Shown piece by piece: positions 44,396 through 55,132 of a stretch of 64,000 bases of DNA. Under the pieces are notes generated by a model. The model was not told the DNA's origin and made no database searches. It worked only from the letters and a program-made list of their open reading frames with translations. This stretch comes from a virus (taxonomy: Duplodnaviria; Caudoviricetes). The first letter of the stretch is position 1, and each line of letters opens with the position of its first letter. Position numbers and translations under genes: made by a program. The stretch is taken from the IMG/VR virus record IMGVR_UViG_3300028591_000082; one strand, written 5' to 3'.

Positions 44396-47300
44396 TTAAT
44401 TCTGAATATACTTTCCAAGAGAAACAACAAATCTCTTTATTTTTTCTCCATCTTTTATCCATCTTTTGCTTCCAAACTTTATTGAACCATCATCATCTGC
44501 ATATAAAGAAAGAAGATACAAATCATCACCACGCCATCTTTCTCTACAGAACTGATAATATGAAGCAAATATAGGTATTCTATAACTCTCTCCATTTATA
44601 TCAGATATTTCACAGAATGCCATATCATTTCCATTTTTGTCTTTCTTAAACATAAAGTTCTTTGCATAAACTGGACACATTGCATTTGGAAGATTTCTTT
44701 CTTTTACTTCCTGCATACTTCTTAAGCATAAGCCTCTTTCATAAAGTTTTTGTATTTTATCTCCAATTGCTGAGAAAATATTATGAAAGAAATTTCCACC
44801 AAGATAATTTTTTTCATATTCCATATATTGTTCATTAGATGTATCTTCATCAAGAACATCTTCTTCACAATCTTCCCATAACTGAATTAAAAGTTCTGGA
44901 GTTTTCTTTGTCTTTTTCTTTTCGTAAAATTGTGTACAAAGTTTATCATATCTGCTTCTTTTTGTTCCAATTATTTCATCAAAAGCACCAGAACATATAA
45001 GAGCATTTGTAATTCTCTTTGTATATCCTTCTGTTTCTATATTTTTAATAATACAGTCTATTACAGATTCGTATGGTCTATTTTCAATAATTCCATCAAT
45101 AGGCTTTTCTCCAATTCCTTTAACCTCATTTAATCCAAATCTGATTGTATCTTCAGATATAGGTGTAAAATGAGCATCAGATTCGTTTACATCTGGTGGA
45201 AGAATTTTAAATCCATTCTTTTGGGCATTATTTATAGAGTCTTTAAGAGCATCATTCTTTGTAGCATCATATGTAAGAGATGCAGCCCAGAAATACTGTC
45301 TAAAATATCTAGACATATACAAAGTCTCACAAGCAACATATGTATATGCAGATGCATGAGATTTATTGAAAGAATATGCAGAAAGAGTAATTAAATCTGC
45401 AGTAAGTTCATCTACTTCTCTTGTTGTAAGCTTATCTTGTGCCTCATCTTTAATTGTTTTTACAAGTTTGTTCCAAGCATCAAGATCTTCTTGTTTTTTA
45501 TTTGCTTTACCAAGCTTTTTCAAAAGACCACGAGCATAATTACCAGATACTTTACCATTCGAGAGATATTCTACAAGACGCATAATTTCCTCTTGGAATA
45601 AAATACATCCGTGAGAATCTTTTAAGAACTTTGAAACTTCTTCTGGGTATTTAGAACCACCAACTCCATTTCTTACAAAATCATCAAATGAGAATGAGCT
45701 TCCTGGTCTAGACAAAGCATTAAGGCAAGTAAGTTCATCAAAATTCTTTGGTAATGCTCTTTGAATCATTCCAGATGCAGTTCCTCCAGAAAACTGGAAT
45801 ATGTTATCTTGAGATTCATTTACTTGCTGATAAAGTTGCTTATCATTATAGTCCATTCCACAATATAAGAAATTTTTCAAATCTTGTTTTGATACATTTA
45901 CTTCTATTGTTTCTGCCGCACATTTTTCTGCGTAGCTTTCTGGAACTATTTTTATAATTCCATCCTCATCTTTTACTTTAATTATATCTTCTTTTACAAG
46001 ATCTATAGCATTACTTATTACTTCAAGTACAGTAATTGCAAGACAGTCTACTTTAATAATTCCAAGTTCATCAAGCTCTGTAGCAGAACCAGATTCTACA
46101 AACGCAGAAGCTATACCATCTTTTGTGTGAATTACTGGTACATATTCCCATACTGGATTATCCAAAATAAGTACACCACCAGCATGCTGACCAAGTTGTC
46201 TTATCTGTCCCATAATCTTTGGAGTAAAATCAAGATATGCCTTGTATTGAGAATATATTCTGTAAAGATTTGGGAAATTATTTCTGTAATTCTCCATGTT
46301 TTCTTCAAACGACATTTCATCATTTAATTCTTTACAGAAATTATTACTATCAGCAAATGGAACTTCGCATTTTCTTAAAATATCTTTTATTGCAGAAGCA
46401 AGACCAACAGTACCATATGTACCAACGCCCATAACTCTTTCCTGACCATATTTTTCAATAAGCCATTGTTTGAGTTCTTCTTTGGCTGCTGGTTCGTAGT
46501 CAGAGTCAATATCCAATCCCCCACTACCACCTTGTTTAATTTGAGCTATTTCAAGTGGTTTTTCCAAATCAACTTTATCTGTTCTACCAAGAAAGAATGG
46601 AAGTACATATCTATCATCACATTCTACTTCCATAATTTCATCATATACAGACATTTCATTTTCAAGCCATTTAGCACGTCTAAGTTCCTTAATGGCTCTG
46701 TCTTTATATTGAGGATATTCTTTGATTTTTTCTATTACTATTTTCTTAAGATCTTCAAAAGAATAATTTCTATTTTTTGTTATATACCAATCTCCAACAT
46801 AATACTTATAAGTATTAGAAACGAGACGATCATCTGATACAAAACGTTCAAAAAGAAGACCAAGCTTAAGAGGATCTAGTGCCCAAGAGGCAATACCAAG
46901 ACACAATGCTGTAAGACATCCTCCACAAGAACCTCTTGATGGACCAACCATAAACTTCTTTTCTCGTGCATGATTTACAAATGATGCTACTGTAAGCATA
47001 TATCTGTATGCACCTTTCTTTAAAAGAACTTCAAGTTCATGTTCGAGTCTTTCTTTATATTCTTTTGGACAATTGTCATATTCACAATTAAAGTGTTTTG
47101 CAAGACCTTCTTTTGCAAGTCTTACAAAATCCTCTTCTTCGTCAAATGAGTATCTTGGAAGTTTCATTCCAGTTCCAAGAGGAATTGTAAAATTACATTT
47201 TTTAGCAATCTTATCTGAATTTGCACACCATTGTTCTATCTGTTCATCAGTATATCCATAATTCCATTGCTTGTTGAACTGCTTAAAATCTTCTACACCC

Positions 47301-48037
47301 TGATAAAATAATGACTTACATTTGTAAGTATCATCACCTTCTGAATCATCTTCTTTTCTAAGATTAAAAATAAATCTTTGTGTTGCTGCACCTTCAGGTG
47401 TTGCATAATGTATATCACCAGTTAATATAACTGGAACATTATATTTTTCAGCAACTTTTATAATCCAATCGTTATATTTTTTTTGCTCATCTCTTAATTC
47501 ATTTAATTGTACTTCTGCATAAAAATTCTCGCCAAATTTATCATAGAATTTCTTAAAATATTCTTCTGCTTTTTCTTCATTTCCGCCAAGAACATACTGA
47601 GAGAATATAGAAGCAAGACAAGCTGTTCCAACTATAATACCTTTTGAGTGTTCAAAAAGTTCATCGAATGTAATTCTTGGTTTATAGTAAAAATGAATAT
47701 CATCTGAATTGGCTATATATGAAAGTTTACAAAGATTCTTCCAACCATATTCATTTGATGCGAGTAATATTATATGAGTATTTTTTGTTCTTATTCTCTT
47801 TTTACCGTCTGTAGTTACAAGTTCTTCTACAAGATAAGATTCATTTCCAAGAATTGGTTTTATTCCATTTGCAATTGCATATTGCTGGAATCTAAACAAA
47901 TCTCCCATTGAATCAAGCCCATGATTTGTTATCGCTAATGCTTTATGACCATGTGCAACTGCTTGATCTACAAGTTCTTGTACTGATGAAACTCCATCAT
48001 AACGAGAATAATTCGAGTGAGTATGAAGATGTACCAA
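44396..48037 (-). CDS. dnaE: DNA polymerase III alpha subunit (family C) with internal insertion
   Basis: PHP HLHTHS.YS..DG, RGS, LLFERF, DIDSD, HAGGV, KVD.L, RPG, FQEEIM, YSFNKSHA, PDVN.S, FGL..VKGIG. Confidence 0.95.
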   Translation of the reverse strand: MVHLHTHSNYSRYDGVSSVQELVDQAVAHGHKALAITNHGLDSMGDLFRFQQYAIANGIKPILGNESYLVEELVTTDGKKRIRTKNTHIILLASNEYGWKNLCKLSYIANSDDIHFYYKPRITFDELFEHSKGIIVGTACLASIFSQYVLGGNEEKAEEYFKKFYDKFGENFYAEVQLNELRDEQKKYNDWIIKVAEKYNVPVILTGDIHYATPEGAATQRFIFNLRKEDDSEGDDTYKCKSLFYQGVEDFKQFNKQWNYGYTDEQIEQWCANSDKIAKKCNFTIPLGTGMKLPRYSFDEEEDFVRLAKEGLAKHFNCEYDNCPKEYKERLEHELEVLLKKGAYRYMLTVASFVNHAREKKFMVGPSRGSCGGCLTALCLGIASWALDPLKLGLLFERFVSDDRLVSNTYKYYVGDWYITKNRNYSFEDLKKIVIEKIKEYPQYKDRAIKELRRAKWLENEMSVYDEIMEVECDDRYVLPFFLGRTDKVDLEKPLEIAQIKQGGSGGLDIDSDYEPAAKEELKQWLIEKYGQERVMGVGTYGTVGLASAIKDILRKCEVPFADSNNFCKELNDEMSFEENMENYRNNFPNLYRIYSQYKAYLDFTPKIMGQIRQLGQHAGGVLILDNPVWEYVPVIHTKDGIASAFVESGSATELDELGIIKVDCLAITVLEVISNAIDLVKEDIIKVKDEDGIIKIVPESYAEKCAAETIEVNVSKQDLKNFLYCGMDYNDKQLYQQVNESQDNIFQFSGGTASGMIQRALPKNFDELTCLNALSRPGSSFSFDDFVRNGVGGSKYPEEVSKFLKDSHGCILFQEEIMRLVEYLSNGKVSGNYARGLLKKLGKANKKQEDLDAWNKLVKTIKDEAQDKLTTREVDELTADLITLSAYSFNKSHASAYTYVACETLYMSRYFRQYFWAASLTYDATKNDALKDSINNAQKNGFKILPPDVNESDAHFTPISEDTIRFGLNEVKGIGEKPIDGIIENRPYESVIDCIIKNIETEGYTKRITNALICSGAFDEIIGTKRSRYDKLCTQFYEKKKTKKTPELLIQLWEDCEEDVLDEDTSNEQYMEYEKNYLGGNFFHNIFSAIGDKIQKLYERGLCLRSMQEVKERNLPNAMCPVYAKNFMFKKDKNGNDMAFCEISDINGESYRIPIFASYYQFCRERWRGDDLYLLSLYADDDGSIKFGSKRWIKDGEKIKRFVVSLGKYIQN

Positions 48038-48053
48038 TTATTTTTCTCCCAGA

Positions 48054-48236
48054 TTATATTTTTATTATTCTTTTTGGTTGTATGTCTACATTTAATTTAA
48101 TTTTTTTATAAATTTCATCAAGACACTTTACAATTATTGCTTCAACTTCTGAATGCAATATTCTTTCTTGATATTGCAAAAAATGTTCTTGAATATCTAT
48201 TCCATTTCTTGCAAGTTCTTCAAAATCAGGTGGCAT
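48054..48236 (-). CDS. 60-aa tagged protein (KRIIKI)
   Basis: Sits between DUF3310 and dnaE; tag plus TAA. Confidence 0.6.
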   Translation of the reverse strand: MPPDFEELARNGIDIQEHFLQYQERILHSEVEAIIVKCLDEIYKKIKLNVDIQPKRIIKI

Positions 48237-48492
48237 TTTTTAAATCTTCCACTAACTTATTTATATACCAAATTGCTTTATTACACTCTTGAGCTGCTTC
48301 ATCTTTTTTTCCAGTTCTACAAAGATATTTAATTGCGTTTCCTCTTAAAAATCCTCTGTATTCATCTGGTGACATCCAAGCTTTTAAAACTTTAATACAT
48401 TCATATGTTGTATCACCACCATAATGTTGTGGGTGATTTACCATTTCTTTTGGCTTTTGTTGTGGCTTTTTTTTAGAAATTTTATTAGCCAT
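48226..48492 (-). CDS. DUF3310 family protein
   Basis: VNHPQHY, ECI, GFLRGNAIKYL.R.GKK. Confidence 0.85.
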   Translation of the reverse strand: MANKISKKKPQQKPKEMVNHPQHYGGDTTYECIKVLKAWMSPDEYRGFLRGNAIKYLCRTGKKDEAAQECNKAIWYINKLVEDLKNAT

Positions 48493-48560
48493 AAAAATTC
48501 TCCTTACTTTTTCTACAATTTTATTATATCATGAGGCAATATAAAAATCAAGTTAATCAT

Positions 48561-48920
48561 ATGATAGATAAGAAAAAAATAAATACTCTCACATTAAGAA
48601 GATTCAATGAAATGTATCACAACGAAAATGTAAAATTTGGTGGTTGGGATAAATATCATATTCCAAGTGAAAAAAAATATTTCTTATCTTTGTATTGCCC
48701 ATTTGCTAATTTTAAAGATCCATTTGGTGTTTATTGGCATTCTGGAAAATTTCATGTACCAAAATATAAAGACCTTTCTTATAGACAGTCATCAAGACTT
48801 GAAGATATATGCAATTCTTTAAATTCAAATCAAAGTTTGATAAGAGCTTGCAGAGAAGTAGATAGACTTATAGATTTAAAAGCTACAAGAGCATTTACTG
48901 GAAAATATTTTAATTATTAA
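48561..48920 (+). CDS. Hypothetical protein
   Basis: ORF convergent with 48917-49420; AAGTTAA just upstream. Confidence 0.55.
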   Translation: MIDKKKINTLTLRRFNEMYHNENVKFGGWDKYHIPSEKKYFLSLYCPFANFKDPFGVYWHSGKFHVPKYKDLSYRQSSRLEDICNSLNSNQSLIRACREVDRLIDLKATRAFTGKYFNY

Positions 48921-49420
48921 TCAATAAGAAAATCAGTGATATTTCCAATAGGTAAAATATCCCATAAATTTTGTTCCTCTATTTCTTTTTTACTTATTTT
49001 TGCTTTATATGAATGTTCACTTAATAAATGCGGTTTAAGATTTTTAAGACTCCAGCATTTTCTTGCTTCATCATCAATTAATGACTTAAATTTATAACAT
49101 CTTTTTGGTATATAAAATGTAACTCCCCAAACTTTACCATAATTTTCAAATGTCATTTCATTTGTAAATCTTTCTTCAAGATGCCTTCTTATGTCTTCTG
49201 CTGTATAACCAAGTATTCCACTCCAAGAAAATGGACCATTATATTTTATGCAATATATAAGACATTGTCTTATATTCTTATCCATTTTTGAGACTTTATT
49301 AGTTTTTCTTTTTGACATACAGGATTTACATTTATTTTTGTAGCCATCTTTATTATTTGAATCTTTGTAGAATTGGCTTATATCTTTTTCAATCCCGCAA
49401 GTATTACAAATCTTGGTCAT
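48917..49420 (-). CDS. Zn-ribbon + degenerate HNH-type protein
   Basis: CNTC..EK...F......DG....CKSC; LGY.......LE..F...MT.ENYG..W; SL.NL.P; catalytic His motif absent. Confidence 0.65.
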   Translation of the reverse strand: MTKICNTCGIEKDISQFYKDSNNKDGYKNKCKSCMSKRKTNKVSKMDKNIRQCLIYCIKYNGPFSWSGILGYTAEDIRRHLEERFTNEMTFENYGKVWGVTFYIPKRCYKFKSLIDDEARKCWSLKNLKPHLLSEHSYKAKISKKEIEEQNLWDILPIGNITDFLID

Positions 49421-50366
49421 ATCCTTCGTGATCTTTTATATTATTTACTCCTTCAAGTACATTCTCAAGGTTGCTAGCACCTATTTTATCAAATATTTGT
49501 TTAAGCTTTTCTGTTTTTCTTGATTCATAATTTGCCTTAACCTTTTTAATTATTTCTCTTTTCTTCTTAGAAAGAATTCTTGAATTTCTTAATCCATCTA
49601 TAATGGCGAGCTGAAGATCTCCCATTTGTCTATCCATTACTATTTTAGCTATCTCGCAATCTACTGGTGTTTCATATGACATAACTTGATTTCTTAATGT
49701 AGTAGAAAGATCTATTGCTTTTGCTCTTATTTCTTCATCAAATTCAAGATCATCTTTATTTATAAGATGGTTCTTTTCTATTATTTCATAAACTTTTTCA
49801 AGTATTGGTTTAAAATCTTGGGTCATTTTTGCTTCAAAATATGTTAACCCAGACTTGCATTTAATTTTACAAGTACAAGATTCCATACCATCAATGCCTT
49901 TTCTTCTTTGCTCTACTTCTTCTTTTGATATTTCACCAATTCTTGCTACTATTTCTTCTTTAGATGGTGTTTCAATGCTTCCTTTAAAATACACATTTGC
50001 ATATGCAATTTTATACATTTCTATTATATTATTTTTAGAAGCTATTATTCTTGATTTTGCATAATCTTTAGATTGTCTAAAAAATCTGTCTTTTATACCA
50101 TGTATATCATCAACAAGTTCACATTGCTTTTCTTCTATGAACTTAACGCAATCTTTTATATCATTTACACTTACTTTTCCAGCATTTCCTATAAGACCGC
50201 CTTTTGCGTCTAATACTTTTATACCTCTTGAAGATATTTCAAGCTGTTTTTTTAGTAATACCTTAAGTATGCGTGTTATAATTACTACAATAAGTGCTAA
50301 AATACTAAAAAATATAATAAAGAAAATGACTGGGTTATTAGAAGCCCAATTTAATAAGTCTAACAT
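49404..50366 (-). CDS. N-terminally anchored coiled-coil membrane protein
   Basis: Single TM at the N-terminus. Confidence 0.75.
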   Translation of the reverse strand: MLDLLNWASNNPVIFFIIFFSILALIVVIITRILKVLLKKQLEISSRGIKVLDAKGGLIGNAGKVSVNDIKDCVKFIEEKQCELVDDIHGIKDRFFRQSKDYAKSRIIASKNNIIEMYKIAYANVYFKGSIETPSKEEIVARIGEISKEEVEQRRKGIDGMESCTCKIKCKSGLTYFEAKMTQDFKPILEKVYEIIEKNHLINKDDLEFDEEIRAKAIDLSTTLRNQVMSYETPVDCEIAKIVMDRQMGDLQLAIIDGLRNSRILSKKKREIIKKVKANYESRKTEKLKQIFDKIGASNLENVLEGVNNIKDHEGYDQDL

Positions 50367-50466
50367 TTTTACTCCCTTACTTCGTCTTTTTCATTTTTTC
50401 TTCTTTAAATTAACTTATTAAAGCTAAATAATAAGGAGGCCACCTCTTCTATGGTGGTAGTTAATA

Positions 50467-50919
50467 ATGAATTATAATGAAGTTTTAGATACTTTGAAGG
50501 AAGAAATGGAAATCCTCATTGAAGAGGAAAAGAAACCTGGTTCTCCTCTTAGAAATGGCAGCGAACCAAGTTGCGAAACTGGAGCTGGTACTGCTAGAAC
50601 TGGTAGTGAACCAAGCTGTTACACATCGGATGATGACAAAAAACCTGCAGTAAAAGCAGCAGAAATGCCAGAAGTTACAGCAATGGTATTATCTGTTCTT
50701 AAGAAGAATAAGGTAGAAACAGCATCTGCAATTAAACTTGCAAGACCAATTTCTTCAACAATCCTTGCTTTTGAAAGAAAAAATAGTAAAAAAGATTTAA
50801 ACGATTTTGATGCAGAACTTTACTCAAAACTTTGTTCAGATTTTGAAAAGATATCAGCACTTAAATCAAATGCTGATAAACTTGCACAAAAAATAGTAGA
50901 TGGTTATCACAACTGCTAA
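50467..50919 (+). CDS. Hypothetical protein with duplicated R.GSEPSC motif
   Basis: RNGSEPSC / RTGSEPSC. Confidence 0.7.
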   Translation: MNYNEVLDTLKEEMEILIEEEKKPGSPLRNGSEPSCETGAGTARTGSEPSCYTSDDDKKPAVKAAEMPEVTAMVLSVLKKNKVETASAIKLARPISSTILAFERKNSKKDLNDFDAELYSKLCSDFEKISALKSNADKLAQKIVDGYHNC

Positions 50920-50921
50920 AT

Positions 50922-50948
50922 AAAAAAGCCACTCTTTTGAGTGGCTTT
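50922..50948. terminator. Bidirectional terminator
   Basis: AAAGCCACTC-TTTT-GAGTGGCTTT between convergent genes. Confidence 0.8.
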
Positions 50949-50952
50949 AATT

Positions 50953-51324
50953 TTATTCATTTATTTCATAAACACATTTTATTGAATCTGCTTGTGTTAA
51001 TGCATAGAAAACATCATCATTTGGTCCAATAAATTGCAAATCATAGTTATTAGCTATAACAATATCACCAACCTTAAATCCGTATTTGTCTCCTTCTACT
51101 AATGGTCCAATAGAATGAACATACATATCAACTTTTGTTTTATCTCCAGAAGATTTTGTTACTTCCTGACCATTTGTGGAATTTTCCTGACCTGGTATAA
51201 TAATTCCGCCAGGTGTCTTAATCAAATTTGATGTTTTCTCGACAATCCTTACACACTTTAAAACAACATATTTTCCAGTTGCTTCAATTTTGTCGATTCC
51301 TCCATTATCATCTACTGTTGCCAT
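50953..51324 (-). CDS. groES: GroES-like co-chaperonin
   Basis: G.YVVL, mobile loop KTPGGIIIPG, V.SIGP, KVGD.V. Confidence 0.75.
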   Translation of the reverse strand: MATVDDNGGIDKIEATGKYVVLKCVRIVEKTSNLIKTPGGIIIPGQENSTNGQEVTKSSGDKTKVDMYVHSIGPLVEGDKYGFKVGDIVIANNYDLQFIGPNDDVFYALTQADSIKCVYEINE

Positions 51325-52043
51325 TATTTACTCCTTTTCTTTGTTTCTTTTTTTGGGCTATTAATAATTTTCTGAATTTCAGCGTTAATTATTTTTTCAT
51401 ATTTACTTGTTACTTCTTGAACTGCTTTCTGCTTTTCATTATCTTCTTTTGTATATGCTTCAAGTCTCTTTATTGTTTCTTCAGCATTAAACCAGAAATC
51501 TTTTCCATTGAGACAAGCTTCAATTTCTTCATCTGTCATAAAATCTTTGTAAAGCTCTCTAAATTGAGGTTCTGAAGATTTTTCATCAAAATGATATTGT
51601 GCTTTTATTTCATGCCATTTTCCAGCCAAGACTTCACTCCAAGAATGAACCATAACAGTTGCATGTGGAGAAACTTCCCACTCATTTGCTGCAAGCATTA
51701 TATCTGTAGCAGCTGAGGCGCAAATTCCTTCAATACAAGCCTTTACATTTGCATCTGTTTTTAATAATGCATCATGTAGGTTCATAGAAACAAATGTATT
51801 TCCACCATAACAATTTATATGAATTACGATTTCATCTCCAGTCCTACAACTTTCAACAGCCCTTAAAAAATCAATATAATCATCAATGCTTTCAATTACT
51901 TCTGTAAGATAGAAATCAATTTTTCTACCCTGATCTGTATCGACTACTTTCAAAGGATCGTTTAAAACAGCGACCTTTTCCATAGGTTGCAAATTTCCGC
52001 CTTCAAATCTTCTCATTACTTCTCCTTTTTTACATTTCTTCAA
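51324..52043 (-). CDS. clpP: ClpP-like protease
   Basis: IHINCYGG, EGICASAA (Ser), MVH (His), GKD.W..AEE (Asp). Confidence 0.85.
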   Translation of the reverse strand: MKKCKKGEVMRRFEGGNLQPMEKVAVLNDPLKVVDTDQGRKIDFYLTEVIESIDDYIDFLRAVESCRTGDEIVIHINCYGGNTFVSMNLHDALLKTDANVKACIEGICASAATDIMLAANEWEVSPHATVMVHSWSEVLAGKWHEIKAQYHFDEKSSEPQFRELYKDFMTDEEIEACLNGKDFWFNAEETIKRLEAYTKEDNEKQKAVQEVTSKYEKIINAEIQKIINSPKKETKKRSK

Positions 52044-52653
52044 ATAATAGTATATTATCGTTTACTTTGTCAAGATAAGCAGATTTACTTTTCTTTTTGG
52101 CATGTACATGCCCTTCGTTATATGCTATTATTTTTTTATTAGTTCCATAAACCCCATATTTTTCATTATATTCATAAATCCAACAAGAAACAATAACATT
52201 TATTCTTATATCATACAAATCTTCTGGTTTATAATCAGTACCATTTTTCCAATTATAATCAGTCAATCCAATTTCAGATACTTGCCCAACACCTCTACCA
52301 AATTCAGCTCCACAATATGAGTTTGCATACATCTTAAATTTACTTTCTTGCTTGTATATAGCAAGCATTATTAAAGGTTCTTCTGAATTTTCTTCAAGAG
52401 TATCTAATAATATTTTTATTTGTTGCTTATTTAGATTTCCATATGTTTCGATGAACTTTTCCATTTTTAATCTTATTAATTCATCTTCAGAAACTATTTC
52501 TTCTTGTATTATTTGAGGTTCTTCTATTATTTCATTTGTAACAGATTGCTCTTGCTTTTGTTCTATTTTTATTTCTATAACAAGAGTAATCTGTACAGCA
52601 ATTAATATAATTGCTGCCGCAATAAGCGACAGCAACTTCGTATTTCTACGCAT
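52030..52653 (-). CDS. Lytic transglycosylase (SLT domain) with signal anchor
   Basis: QES.F, G.G.GQV, LYD...N, AYN.G. Confidence 0.85.
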   Translation of the reverse strand: MRRNTKLLSLIAAAIILIAVQITLVIEIKIEQKQEQSVTNEIIEEPQIIQEEIVSEDELIRLKMEKFIETYGNLNKQQIKILLDTLEENSEEPLIMLAIYKQESKFKMYANSYCGAEFGRGVGQVSEIGLTDYNWKNGTDYKPEDLYDIRINVIVSCWIYEYNEKYGVYGTNKKIIAYNEGHVHAKKKSKSAYLDKVNDNILLFEEM

Positions 52654-53929
52654 TTTCTTTATCTATTTCCATCTGTTTAATCATTGAAGCTAACTCGATT
52701 TCTTCATCTCCAGTATCAACTCCATTTTCAGCTAAAGCTTCATTAATGTCATTAACATCGAGATTTTGTCTTATTCTCTTCAATTCTTCTTCTCTGTTGT
52801 CAAGAGCTTTCTGAAGTTTTTCTACATTTTCCTCTTCATTTTCTTCAAAGAGTTTTAAAAAATCCTTTTTATAGAAAGCTTTATCCCAAAGTGCTGGTAT
52901 AGAATACATTGAGCCACTCTTTGTACAAAGTCCATAATCTTTTAACATTTCAAAAAGACCAGAATTTTGTACAATACCGAAATCGGCATCCATAAGATAT
53001 GTGGCATTTTTATTGGTTGTACCAAATCTAGATTTAGTAACCCTTGCTCTTACAATAGATAAACAAGTACCAATAGCACTCTTTCTACTTAACTTCTCGT
53101 CGTCTACTTCTTTTCCAGACAATTCTACAGCATTTGTGTCGTTCATTGCAAGATTAGTAAGTTCAATACTGAGAGATGGGTTATAGATTACAGAATCTCC
53201 ACCTTTCTGAATAAATCCAGTATATTCATCCATAGAATTATATACTTTATTTGTAAATACGAGTGTACAATGAGCTTCTTCAAGTAAAGAATCTATTGAA
53301 CTAAACAAATCATTTAAATTCTGACCTGTCATTCCCATATCATATCCACCAGAAAGTTGTCTTACCGATTTAACATTTCCAAGAGAATCTATAGCAAGAA
53401 GAATTTCTTCTTCATTGTGATTATAAATCAATTTATTAAGGATACCCTTAAGCATTGATATAAGACCTCTCTTGTAGAAAAAAGAATCACTTTCTAGATT
53501 TGCAGGAAGTTCTTTCTCTGAAATCTCTGTAATTGTTCCATCTTTCTTTGAAATCTTATAAGAAGTAAATGTTTGAATTGGTACAATTCTTACTTTATCA
53601 TAAGGTGAATTAACGAATTCAAAAAGTGAGCGGCAGTTACCACCACCTTCTGATTCAAATATAATTGTTCTTTTAATTCTTGGATCTTTGTTTATATTAG
53701 CAATAAGCAGAGATTTACCAGTTTGAGACCTTCCATACAAAGATGAAATTCTATGCATTGGAATAGCCCCTTTTAAATTCTTTGAACATATATAATTCAA
53801 AGCATAATTACCAGTAGTAAGAAATTCTGATACAGAATCATCATCTTTTGATAAATCTCTTATCTCTGCGAATTCATCTGCTATAAGATCATCAAGAGAA
53901 TTTCCACTACTACTTTTGCTTTTTGCCAT
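52646..53929 (-). CDS. RecA/UvsX-like recombinase
   Basis: TG...LN...S, G.IP, GRSQTGKS, IDSLG, KGG, KSRF. Confidence 0.9.
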   Translation of the reverse strand: MAKSKSSSGNSLDDLIADEFAEIRDLSKDDDSVSEFLTTGNYALNYICSKNLKGAIPMHRISSLYGRSQTGKSLLIANINKDPRIKRTIIFESEGGGNCRSLFEFVNSPYDKVRIVPIQTFTSYKISKKDGTITEISEKELPANLESDSFFYKRGLISMLKGILNKLIYNHNEEEILLAIDSLGNVKSVRQLSGGYDMGMTGQNLNDLFSSIDSLLEEAHCTLVFTNKVYNSMDEYTGFIQKGGDSVIYNPSLSIELTNLAMNDTNAVELSGKEVDDEKLSRKSAIGTCLSIVRARVTKSRFGTTNKNATYLMDADFGIVQNSGLFEMLKDYGLCTKSGSMYSIPALWDKAFYKKDFLKLFEENEEENVEKLQKALDNREEELKRIRQNLDVNDINEALAENGVDTGDEEIELASMIKQMEIDKENA

Positions 53930-54224
53930 TCTTAGCTCCTCTTACAGATACATCAGCAGTTATTTTTGCATTTGCCAATGTGTTAAGTGCATTATCATCT
54001 TTTGGTTTTTTAATTTCTTCTTTTGGCTCTTCTTTAACGCCCTCATTTGGTTCATTATTTTCAGAATGGCAGTTACAACCACCATTACCTCTTACCAATC
54101 TTACAATAAAATTAAAAAACGCTCTTAACAAATCAAGTGCAACACTACCAACAACAACTATACCAACTGTTATACCAGCCCATACCCAGAAATTAGATGT
54201 ATAATATGTTAATATTTCTTTCAT
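53910..54224 (-). CDS. Small membrane protein
   Basis: N-terminal TM; AGGAG SD. Confidence 0.65.
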   Translation of the reverse strand: MKEILTYYTSNFWVWAGITVGIVVVGSVALDLLRAFFNFIVRLVRGNGGCNCHSENNEPNEGVKEEPKEEIKKPKDDNALNTLANAKITADVSVRGAKNGKKQK

Positions 54225-54253
54225 ATTTTCTCCTTTATATTAAAAAATATATA

Positions 54254-55132
54254 CTAGATTTTTGAAAGAATGTCATCTATATCATCTGGTAAGGTTTCTG
54301 TCTTTGGAGCTTCTGATTTTACTTCTTTTACTCCAAAAACTTGATCTTCAAAAGAACTAACAGCATCAGTTGCTGCTTCAACAGTTTCTTCTGACTTAAC
54401 TGTTTCGTTGAAATAATCTCCAAGAAGTTCTTTTAATTCCTCTGGTGATTTAAATTCTACCAACTGACTATAATCCATCTTTTTAAGAGAATCTGACAAA
54501 GTTTGAACTTTTGCAGCATCTGTAAATACAGGTGTCTGTTTCATTGATAATGAAGAACCAGAATAATCTGTATTTTTTCCAGTTCCTGTTTTTGAAAGAA
54601 GGAAATCTCTTCCATCTTTAAGTGAAAGGAAATTACCACACTCACCAAGCTTCATCTGCCCAAACAAATATGTATGAATCTTTGAACCAAATTCATAGAA
54701 TTGCGGAACAGCTTCTATATCGTTTCCTTTCTCATCTTTAAGTCCTCTTACAACAACTCTTGAAACATATCTATCCTTTGCAGAAATAGATGATGCAAGT
54801 TTTGCTTCTTCAGATTCCTTACCTGTTGAAAGTGCATAAAGTGCATTCTTTTTCTTACAAATAGGGCACTCTTCAGCTTCGTGAACAACACCATTTTTAT
54901 CTGTAAGAGTCTGATTTAAACAGAAATAAGGTTTCTTATTAATGTAATGGATTTTATGTCTTTGATAGAAGACAACTTCGTTAAAACTCTTTAACGGCGA
55001 AATGAAACGAATTGGATAAGTTCCTTCGTTTTTAGGGTTCCAGTAAAGAAGATTTCCTCTAGATTCTTTTTCTTCTTTCTCCATAGCCTGCAACATTGCG
55101 TTGTAGTCATCATTTGAAAAATCGTTACTCAT
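54254..55132 (-). CDS. Single-stranded DNA-binding protein, T4 gp32-like
   Basis: IRF, H...C...CPIC zinc site, GRDF.L.K.G, acidic C-tail DDIDDIL. Confidence 0.8.
   Translation of the reverse strand: MSNDFSNDDYNAMLQAMEKEEKESRGNLLYWNPKNEGTYPIRFISPLKSFNEVVFYQRHKIHYINKKPYFCLNQTLTDKNGVVHEAEECPICKKKNALYALSTGKESEEAKLASSISAKDRYVSRVVVRGLKDEKGNDIEAVPQFYEFGSKIHTYLFGQMKLGECGNFLSLKDGRDFLLSKTGTGKNTDYSGSSLSMKQTPVFTDAAKVQTLSDSLKKMDYSQLVEFKSPEELKELLGDYFNETVKSEETVEAATDAVSSFEDQVFGVKEVKSEAPKTETLPDDIDDILSKI

Noticed and set aside
46515-46825. Intein in DnaE
   Set aside because: No splice-junction residues or LAGLIDADG motifs visible
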